In this document: in pieces, positions 56,878 through 64,000 of the stretch | How positions within the stretch are numbered: position 1 is the first letter of the stretch | Layout of the letters: every line of letters begins with the position of its first letter | From: Endomicrobiales bacterium | Lineage (GTDB): Bacteria; Elusimicrobiota; Endomicrobiia; Endomicrobiales; JALOBY01 | Assembly: GCA_963796955.1 (NCBI GenBank) | Contig: CAWCNJ010000004.1 | Coordinates: 288,001 to 352,000 of the forward strand | Direction of reading: 5' to 3' | DNA length: 64,000 nt | Made by a program: the position numbers and the translations under genes | Notes under the pieces: generated by a model | The model's input: the letters and a program-made list of their open reading frames with translations, nothing else | What the model was told of the DNA's origin: nothing | Database searches by the model: none

Positions 56878-59291
56878 TGTATACCGTAAAAGTTTCCGTC
56901 GGAGACCTTATCACCTTCGTGCTGCAAAGCGGCGACATCGACAGCGGCTTTACCAGCAGCTCGCGCCTTGCGGAAGGTATATGGCACCATCAGGCGATCC
57001 AAAAGGCGAACAAACTTGCTTCCAACCGGGATAAGGTGTATACCGCCGAAGTAGGCGTCGCCTATGGGATAACACGTAAAGGAATCCGCCTGGAAGTGGG
57101 CGGCCGCATTGACGGTGTTTTTGATAAAGGCGGCGAGATAACGATACAGGAAATAAAATCCACCGCGCGCGAACTGCATGAGATCGATGAGGAAAGCTTT
57201 CCGCTGCACTGGGCGCAGGCCCAATGTTACGCCTATATGTACGGCCGCGAACACAAGAAAGATGCGGTTACGGTGCAGCTGGTATACTCCCAGCTGGATA
57301 CCAGGGACACCAGCGTTTTCGAGAAAAGATTTTTGTTCAGCGAGCTCGAAAACTTTTTTGTGCCCGTAGCCGAGTCTTATATCGAATGGGCACGGGTCTT
57401 AAAAGAATGGGCCAAGACCCGCAACGCCTCAATAAAAAATATGGCCTTCCCATTCGAAAGCTACCGCGAGGGCCAGCAGGAATTGGTTAACGGCGTCAGC
57501 GACGCCGTGCACTGCGGCAATCACCTGTTTGCCCAGGCACCCACCGGTATCGGCAAGACCATGGCAACGCTCTACCCCTCCATACAGGCTGTTGGGAAAA
57601 ACACTGTTTCGAAAATATTTTATGCTACCGCCAAGACCGTAACCCGCGCTGTCGCGCAAAAAGCCGTCGATACGCTGCAGCGTAAAGGCCTGCGCCTGAA
57701 AACCGTGACCATAACCGCCAAAGATAAGATCTGTTTTAACCCCGACGCCGAATGCAAACCTGAAGACTGCGAGTTCGCCAAAGGTTACTACGACCGCCTG
57801 CGCCCCGCCATAAAAGAACTCTTTGAGCAGGATGCCCTCGACCGGCCTGCCATAGAAGCGATGGCGCGAAAGCATTCTCTGTGCCCTTTTGAACTGACGC
57901 TTGATATGTCGCTGTGGGCGGACTGTATTATCTGCGACTACAACTATCTTTTCGATCCCCGGGTCTACCTGCGCCGTTTCTTCTCAGAGGAGGAACGCAG
58001 CGATGAGCGCGAATACGTTTTTTTAGTCGATGAAGCGCATAACCTGGTAGACCGTTCGCGCGAGATGTTCTCGGCCCAGCTTGCCCGCAACCTGATACTG
58101 AACGTGCAAAAGTCAGCCGGTAAACCAAGAAATGTTAAAGATGTTGGCCGTATGTTGAAGCTCAACAGGATCCTTGAGGGCCTTGCCTTTTTTATGGAAG
58201 AAGCCTCCGGCGCCTGCGGCCGCGAAGACGAAGCAGGCACTCGCCAGGATTTTGTGGTAAAAGAAGACGCCCCTTTTGAACTGGTGCCGATGTTAAAATC
58301 CTTTATAGTGGTAGCCGGCAAGATACTGGAAAAAACCAAGCCCTCCGTTTTCAGCGAAAAACTGCTGGAACTGTATTTTATCGCCCACAACTTCCTGCGC
58401 ACCGCCGAATATTTCGACCACCGTTACCGCTGCTATTATCAGGAAGCCGAGGGCGACTTTACCGTAAAACTTTTTTGCGTGGACCCATCGTATCTTATGA
58501 AGGAAGCTTTAGAACGCGCCCGCTGCGCCGTATTCTTCTCGGCAACGCTGACGCCCATCCCGTATTTTCAGGAACTGCTGGGCGGCGGCGAGAACGCCGA
58601 CCGCCTGAAACTGGGTTCGCCCTTCCCGAAGGAAAACCTGCGTGTGCTGGTAGACGACCGGGTGGCGACAACGTACCGCATGCGGGAATTCTCTTATGAT
58701 CGAATCGCCCGCGAGATCGCAGCGCTCTGCGCCGGCAAGGTAGGCAACTACATAGCCTATTTTCCGTCCTACAAATACATGAACGAGGTCCGCGGCCGCT
58801 TTATACAGGAAAACCCCGCCATTTCAGTTATCTCGCAGGGACAGGGCATGTCTGAAGCCGCCCGCAGCATTTTTCTTGAAGAATTTTCCCGCTACGGCGA
58901 AACAACGCTGGTAGGCTTCGCCGTAATGGGCGGCGTATTCGGCGAGGGCATAGACCTGGTAGGCGAACGCCTTTCAGGCGTTATCATCGTCGGCGTCGGC
59001 CTGCCGCAAATTTCTTTGGAACGCAACCTGATAAAAAATTATTTCCAGGAAAGCCACGAAGCCGGCTACGAATACGCCTACATATACCCCGGCATGAACA
59101 AAGTCCTGCAGGCCGCCGGCCGCGTTATCCGCACAGAAACCGACCGCGGCGTTATCCTGCTGATAGACGAACGCTTCGCCCGCCCACCCTACAGCGACCT
59201 GATCCCCGACCACTGGCACCCCCTGCACCACCTGAAAAACACCCCCAAAGGCCATACCCTGGAACTGGTACAAGAATTCTGGCGAGGGTGA
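56877..59291 (+). CDS. XPD/DinG-family Fe-S DNA helicase with N-terminal PD-(D/E)xK domain
   Basis: GRIDG...EIKS, QA..YA; APTGIGKT, Cys cluster, DEAHN, SATL, FPSY, EGID, QAAGRVIR. Confidence 0.92.
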   Translation: MYTVKVSVGDLITFVLQSGDIDSGFTSSSRLAEGIWHHQAIQKANKLASNRDKVYTAEVGVAYGITRKGIRLEVGGRIDGVFDKGGEITIQEIKSTARELHEIDEESFPLHWAQAQCYAYMYGREHKKDAVTVQLVYSQLDTRDTSVFEKRFLFSELENFFVPVAESYIEWARVLKEWAKTRNASIKNMAFPFESYREGQQELVNGVSDAVHCGNHLFAQAPTGIGKTMATLYPSIQAVGKNTVSKIFYATAKTVTRAVAQKAVDTLQRKGLRLKTVTITAKDKICFNPDAECKPEDCEFAKGYYDRLRPAIKELFEQDALDRPAIEAMARKHSLCPFELTLDMSLWADCIICDYNYLFDPRVYLRRFFSEEERSDEREYVFLVDEAHNLVDRSREMFSAQLARNLILNVQKSAGKPRNVKDVGRMLKLNRILEGLAFFMEEASGACGREDEAGTRQDFVVKEDAPFELVPMLKSFIVVAGKILEKTKPSVFSEKLLELYFIAHNFLRTAEYFDHRYRCYYQEAEGDFTVKLFCVDPSYLMKEALERARCAVFFSATLTPIPYFQELLGGGENADRLKLGSPFPKENLRVLVDDRVATTYRMREFSYDRIAREIAALCAGKVGNYIAYFPSYKYMNEVRGRFIQENPAISVISQGQGMSEAARSIFLEEFSRYGETTLVGFAVMGGVFGEGIDLVGERLSGVIIVGVGLPQISLERNLIKNYFQESHEAGYEYAYIYPGMNKVLQAAGRVIRTETDRGVILLIDERFARPPYSDLIPDHWHPLHHLKNTPKGHTLELVQEFWRG

Positions 59292-59402
59292 GGTCTCCTT
59301 CAATCGGAGTGTTTTTGTCAGTAGATGGTTGAAAGCGGTGGATGACTTCCAGGGAGTTTAAGCTACAATATAATTACAGAATAAAAGTAAGAAGGGGGAA
59401 TT

Positions 59403-59837
59403 ATGAAAGGATCTGCAACGACCGAAAAAATAGATGTTGAGAGCGGAAAAAACCGGCTGGAGGCCAACAAAAAGCTGGTGCTGGCTTTTTATGACGGCGC
59501 GTTCAACCAGAGAGACCTCAGTGTGGCCGATACATACGTCTGGGACGATTACATACAGCATAATCCCATGGCGCGCACGGGGAAGGCCGGTTTTGTAGAG
59601 GCTATTGGCGGGATGCTTAAACAGTTCCCGAACATGAAGGTTACTTTTAAGGAAGTGGTAGCAGAGGGAAACCTGGTGGTGGTGCACGTATGGCTGCAGA
59701 CCGATACGACGAATACCGGCGACCGGGGTTCGGCTGTATTTGACATGTTCCGTATCAAAGACGGCAGGATCGCCGAGCACTGGGATGTTGTTCAGCCTAT
59801 CCCTGAAAACCCGGCCAACGCTAACGGCATGGTTTAA
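59403..59837 (+). CDS. SnoaL/NTF2-like protein
   Basis: NKKLV..FY, YIQHNP, AEG.LV.VH, D.FR..DG.I.EHWD. Confidence 0.9.
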   Translation: MKGSATTEKIDVESGKNRLEANKKLVLAFYDGAFNQRDLSVADTYVWDDYIQHNPMARTGKAGFVEAIGGMLKQFPNMKVTFKEVVAEGNLVVVHVWLQTDTTNTGDRGSAVFDMFRIKDGRIAEHWDVVQPIPENPANANGMV

Positions 59838-61736
59838 TCAATTACCGGAAGACTTTGTCTCAGTCTTGGACAAGGTTTCCAACTCTTCCCAGCGTTTAAA
59901 TGTTCTGGCGAGCTCGCTCTCGATCTCGGTAAGGCGAGTTTTTGATGAAGTTACAAAGCCCGGCTTTTGGCATTGCGTGTAGTCCGCAAGTTGGGCGTTG
60001 ATGACGTGCTGCTCGGCTTCAAGAGCCGCGATCGCCGCAGGAATAGCTTCCAACTCGCGTTTTTCCTTCATAGACATCTTTCGGGGGGCTTTAGCCGCAT
60101 ACGCCGGTTCGGCTATTATTTTTTTCGGGACCGGCACCGGTTTTTCGGGCTCAGCGTTCTCCGATATCTTGCTTTCCCAATCATCGTAGCCGCCCATGTA
60201 TTCTTTTATCGCGCCGTCTTTGCCGTACACCAGCGCTGAGGTTACCACGTCGTTAAGAAATTCTCTGTCGTGGCTTACCACGATCAACGTTCCCTCGTAT
60301 TGCAGCAGCACTTCTTCCAGCAGTTCCAGCGTTTCCGTATCAAGGTCGTTGGTGGGTTCGTCAAACACCAGCAGGTTGGACGGCATTGTAAATAATCTGG
60401 CCAACAGTAATCTGTGGCGCTCTCCGCCAGAAAGGAATTTGGCGCGGGTTCTCGCCCGTTCCGAGGTAAATAAGAAATCCTGCAGGTAGCTGATCACGTG
60501 GCGCGGCTTGCCGTTTACAAATACGTTGTCGCCGCCGGGGGCGACGTTTTGCTGCACGGTCAGTTCCGGATCCACGCCTTTTCTCAGCTGATCGAAATAC
60601 AGGGGCTTCACATTTGATCCCAGTTCCACCCCGCCTTTCTGCGGCGTAAGGCTGCCCAGCATAACGTTCAACAGCGTGGTCTTGCCGCAACCGTTGGGCC
60701 CAATAATGCCCACGCGCTCGCCGCGGGAAAGGAAATACGTAAAATCTTTTATTATTTGTTTTTCGCCGTAGGCGAAGGAAACATTTTTAGCGACCAGCAC
60801 CTTGTCGCCGGAGCGCTCGCCTTCGCTGATCGCCATGGTAACATTGCCGACGCGTTCCCGGCGTTTTTTGCGCTCTTCACGCATTTTTTTCAGCGCGGTA
60901 ACACGCCCTTCAGCCCTGGTGCGGCGGGCCTTCACGCCTTTGCGTATCCACACTTCTTCCTCGGCAAGTTTTTTGTCGAAGAGGGCGTTGGCCCGTTCTT
61001 CATTGTCCAGCACCGCCTGCTTGCGCGCCAGGAAGGTGGTGTAATCGCAGCTCCAGTCTATGATGCCGCCACGGTCCACTTCAACTATGCGGGTGGCCAG
61101 CACTTTCAGCAGGCGCCGGTCATGGGTAACGAACATAACGGTAAGGCGGGAGTTCAATAAGAAGTCTTCAAGCCATTTAATGGAAATAAGGTCAAGATGG
61201 TTGGTAGGCTCATCCAGCAGCAGAATATCAGGGTTGTTAACCAGCGCCCGCGCAAGGAAGACCCGTCGCCGCAGCCCGCCGGAGAGGGAGGAGAACTCCA
61301 CCTCAGGATCAATTTGCACCTGATCCAGCACCCGCTGGATATCGGCGTCTATCTGCCAGCCGTCGTGCTCGGTAAGGTCGTGCTGCAGCGTATGTATGAG
61401 GTCGTCATTAGTAGGTTTAGCCAGTTCCCGGTGATAGGCGGCAAGCGTATCGCCTATCTTACCCGCGCCGGAGGCCACAACGTCAAAGGCGGAGCCGGTG
61501 ATGTTTTCCGGCACATCTTGAGCGAGAAATGAAACCTTTAATCCAGGGGTTTTAATGACATCGCCGCAATCCGGTTTCAACTCCCCGTTTATGATGCGCA
61601 TCAGCGTGGATTTGCCTGCGCCGTTGCGCCCAAGTATACAGATGCGCTCCCCTTTGTTAATGTCCAGGGAAACGCCGTCCAGTATTTTCGGCCCGTCGAA
61701 AGCCAGATCAATGCTGTGCAGACTTATTAATGACAT
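59838..61736 (-). CDS. uup: ABC-F family ATPase Uup
   Basis: Two ABC domains, EE.WIRKG.KARRTR linker, C-terminal coiled coil ending RWEELE. Confidence 0.92.
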   Translation of the reverse strand: MSLISLHSIDLAFDGPKILDGVSLDINKGERICILGRNGAGKSTLMRIINGELKPDCGDVIKTPGLKVSFLAQDVPENITGSAFDVVASGAGKIGDTLAAYHRELAKPTNDDLIHTLQHDLTEHDGWQIDADIQRVLDQVQIDPEVEFSSLSGGLRRRVFLARALVNNPDILLLDEPTNHLDLISIKWLEDFLLNSRLTVMFVTHDRRLLKVLATRIVEVDRGGIIDWSCDYTTFLARKQAVLDNEERANALFDKKLAEEEVWIRKGVKARRTRAEGRVTALKKMREERKKRRERVGNVTMAISEGERSGDKVLVAKNVSFAYGEKQIIKDFTYFLSRGERVGIIGPNGCGKTTLLNVMLGSLTPQKGGVELGSNVKPLYFDQLRKGVDPELTVQQNVAPGGDNVFVNGKPRHVISYLQDFLFTSERARTRAKFLSGGERHRLLLARLFTMPSNLLVFDEPTNDLDTETLELLEEVLLQYEGTLIVVSHDREFLNDVVTSALVYGKDGAIKEYMGGYDDWESKISENAEPEKPVPVPKKIIAEPAYAAKAPRKMSMKEKRELEAIPAAIAALEAEQHVINAQLADYTQCQKPGFVTSSKTRLTEIESELARTFKRWEELETLSKTETKSSGN

Positions 61737-61803
61737 GGAATGCATTATACCACAAAAACTGTTATAATACGTAAAATGATTATATAAGGAGCTAAAAATA
61801 CTT

Positions 61804-62145
61804 ATGTACGAACAGAAAAGCCTTCCCCTGCTTGCGAGGCATTTGTTTTATAGAAGGTTGTTTTTTAGCACCTTGCTTGGGCTTTCGCTTGTGGCGGCTT
61901 CTTTGATCGTTGGGATGTTCGGCTACCATCATTTTGAGAATATGTCGTGGATAGATGCGTTCGTTAACGCAGCCATGATACTGTCCGGTATGGGGCCGAT
62001 GGCGCCTATTAACACGTACGGCGGAAAATTGTTCGCCGGGTTTTACGCGATATACAGCGGGATAGCGCTGATCAGCGTTGCGGGCATCATCTTCGCGCCG
62101 GTATTCCACAGATTTTTGCACAGATTCCACATGGAGAGTAAATAA
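61804..62145 (+). CDS. Small 2-TM membrane protein resembling an ion-channel pore module
   Basis: GY..FE..SWIDAF.NA.M.LSGMGP..P.....GKLFA..Y. Confidence 0.65.
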   Translation: MYEQKSLPLLARHLFYRRLFFSTLLGLSLVAASLIVGMFGYHHFENMSWIDAFVNAAMILSGMGPMAPINTYGGKLFAGFYAIYSGIALISVAGIIFAPVFHRFLHRFHMESK

Positions 62146-62147
62146 CT

Positions 62148-64000
62148 ATGACCTTGTCAGACCTTTCTATCAAACGGCCGGTTTTCGCCTGGATGCTTAT
62201 GGCGGGGCTTATTGTCTTCGGCGGCATTTCCTTTATGCGCATGGGCATCAGCCAGCTGCCGGACGTTGATTTTCCGGTGGTTTCCGTGAACATCCGCCTT
62301 GAAGGCGCGGCGCCCGAAGTTATAGAAACCTCTGTCGTGGATATTGTCGAAGATGCCTGCATGAGCATACAGAGCGTGCGCAGCGTTACTTCCGAGTCGG
62401 AAGACAGCGAAGGGACCGTTACGATAGAATTCGAGCTTAACCGTAATATTGACCTTGCCGTGCAGGATGTGCAGGCAAAAGTGGCTTCGGTGATGCAGAA
62501 GCTGCCGAAGGATGTTACGCAGGCTACCATCCGCAAAACAAACCCCGAAGACCAGCCGATAATGATGTTGACGCTGGAGAGCGACCGTTACCCGGCCAGA
62601 TATTTAATGACGTATGTAAACGACAGGGTAAAAGACCAGTTCTCTACCGTGGCCGGCGTAGGCGATATTACGCTTGGCGGCTATACCGATCCCAATTTGC
62701 GTATCTGGGTCTCCGACAGGCTGCTTAACAGGTACAATTTTTCCGTAAGCGATGTGGTAGACGCGGTTCAAAACGAGCATAGGGAAGCCCCCGCGGGCCA
62801 GCTTGAGACGGGCAACCGCGTGCTGAACGTCCGGACCATGGGCGAGGCGGCAAGTATCGAGGAGTTCAATGATATTTTCATAAATAAGAGGGCCGGCCAG
62901 CAAAACTACGTCCGCACACGCCTGAAAGACGTCGCCCGCATTGAAGAAGGGCTCGCCGACCGTACCAGGATAAGCCGTGCCATGGGCGTGCCGTGCGTCG
63001 GCTTGGGAATACTAAAACAACGCGGCTCCAATGCCGTTGCGGTCGCAAAAGCTGTAAGGGCCCGTGTTGCCGAGATCCAAAAAGGCCTCCCCGAGGGCAT
63101 GCAGCTGAAAATTAATTACGACGGCACCAAATTTATTGAAAAGGCCGTGAAGGAACTTAATTTCACTCTTTTGCTTTCCGCGCTGTTAACCGCATTTGTT
63201 TGCTGGATGTTCCTTGGTTCATGGTCGTCAACATTGAATGTTATATTGGCGATCCCCACATCGGTCGTCGGTACGTTCATAGTTCTTTACTTCGCGGGTT
63301 TCACGCTTAACACATTTACTTTGCTCGCGCTCAGCCTTTCCATCGGTATAGTTGTGGACGATGCTATCATGGTGCTTGAAAACATCGTGCGCCATCAGGA
63401 AAAGGGTGAGGACCGGTGCACGGCCGCTATAAATGGGGCCAGAGAAATTACGTTCGCGGCTGTAGCGGCCACTGTCTCGATCGTGGCTATCTTTCTGCCG
63501 GTCGCATTTATGAGCGGCGTTATCGGCAAATTCTTCTTCCAATTCGGCGTAACCATTACGGTCGCGGTGCTTCTCTCCTTGTTGGAAGCGCTTACGCTTA
63601 CCCCGATGCGATGCTCTCAATTTGTCGATGTAGGTAAACGCACCACGCGCATCGGCAAAGGTATAGAAGCGCTTATGGAAGGCTCTACGCGGCTTTACGG
63701 CAGAACACTGGGTAAGGCATTAGACCATAAATGGAAGGTCATGTTCGGTGCGCTGATAGTCTTTGCGGCCGGGTTCTCTACCTTCTGGGTTTTGAATAAA
63801 GAATTCATTCCGTCCGAAGATCAGAGCCGTTTCAATATGCGTCTTAAAACGCCTGTCGGCTCGGCGCTTTCGTATTCAGATAAGCGTTTTGGCGAGGTGG
63901 AAAAATTCCTTTCAAGCAGGCCGGAGATAGAGCGCTACGTGCTGCAGGTTGGCGGCGGCTCGCCGGGAGACTCTAACAGCGGCAGCGTGCTGGTGACTAT
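62148..64000 (+). CDS. Second RND efflux permease, runs off window end
   Basis: MTLSDLSIKRPVFAWML...SQLPDVDFP, GIVVDDAIMVLEN; clear paralog of 5958-9146. Confidence 0.94.
   Translation, partial: MTLSDLSIKRPVFAWMLMAGLIVFGGISFMRMGISQLPDVDFPVVSVNIRLEGAAPEVIETSVVDIVEDACMSIQSVRSVTSESEDSEGTVTIEFELNRNIDLAVQDVQAKVASVMQKLPKDVTQATIRKTNPEDQPIMMLTLESDRYPARYLMTYVNDRVKDQFSTVAGVGDITLGGYTDPNLRIWVSDRLLNRYNFSVSDVVDAVQNEHREAPAGQLETGNRVLNVRTMGEAASIEEFNDIFINKRAGQQNYVRTRLKDVARIEEGLADRTRISRAMGVPCVGLGILKQRGSNAVAVAKAVRARVAEIQKGLPEGMQLKINYDGTKFIEKAVKELNFTLLLSALLTAFVCWMFLGSWSSTLNVILAIPTSVVGTFIVLYFAGFTLNTFTLLALSLSIGIVVDDAIMVLENIVRHQEKGEDRCTAAINGAREITFAAVAATVSIVAIFLPVAFMSGVIGKFFFQFGVTITVAVLLSLLEALTLTPMRCSQFVDVGKRTTRIGKGIEALMEGSTRLYGRTLGKALDHKWKVMFGALIVFAAGFSTFWVLNKEFIPSEDQSRFNMRLKTPVGSALSYSDKRFGEVEKFLSSRPEIERYVLQVGGGSPGDSNSGSVLVT

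Noticed and set aside
56877..57420. Cas4/CasDinG (type IV CRISPR) interpretation of the nuclease-helicase
   Set aside because: No array or other cas genes; it matches the common stand-alone PD-(D/E)xK-XPD helicase architecture.

Overview
Chromosomal window from an apparently anaerobic, diderm bacterium of roughly 50% GC. An Elusimicrobiota-like lineage is plausible from gene content and the variant EF-Tu, but this is inference only. Core genes: a 2-oxoacid:ferredoxin oxidoreductase start, recN-nadK, ychF, the tRNA(Tyr,Gly,Thr)-tuf-rpmG-tRNA(Trp)-secE-nusG-rplK-rplA cluster (not followed by rplJL-rpoBC), proB and uup. Envelope genes: two RND pumps with no adjacent adaptor, an ECF sigma/anti-sigma/Spy/TolC-MacAB operon, Omp85-like and FadL-like outer-membrane proteins. 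Three copies of a TGAAAC-N18-GTCTAA promoter tie these into a predicted ECF regulon. An XRE-cupin operon encodes an apparently inactive M20-fold protein and two acetate kinase paralogs, one degenerate. An AT-rich accessory region (about 41.6-47.5 kb) is punctuated by short repeats and carries DUF5343 plus Swt1-HEPN, a GIY-YIG protein, an intact IS3 element, an AlkZ-like protein and a four-helix-bundle gene. Ku-LigD follows, then a tatA-tatC-DUF362-polyferredoxin operon. Strongest novelty candidates: (1) that Tat locus, where both adjacent substrates have single-arginine motifs and TatC lacks the conserved E103-equivalent; (2) the repeat-delimited defence-like cassette region, which includes a purely synonymous 57-bp gene-end duplication; (3) the pseudo-enzyme operon. 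No CRISPR array, rRNA, reverse transcriptase or integrase was seen. All family assignments come from motif recognition, not database searches.
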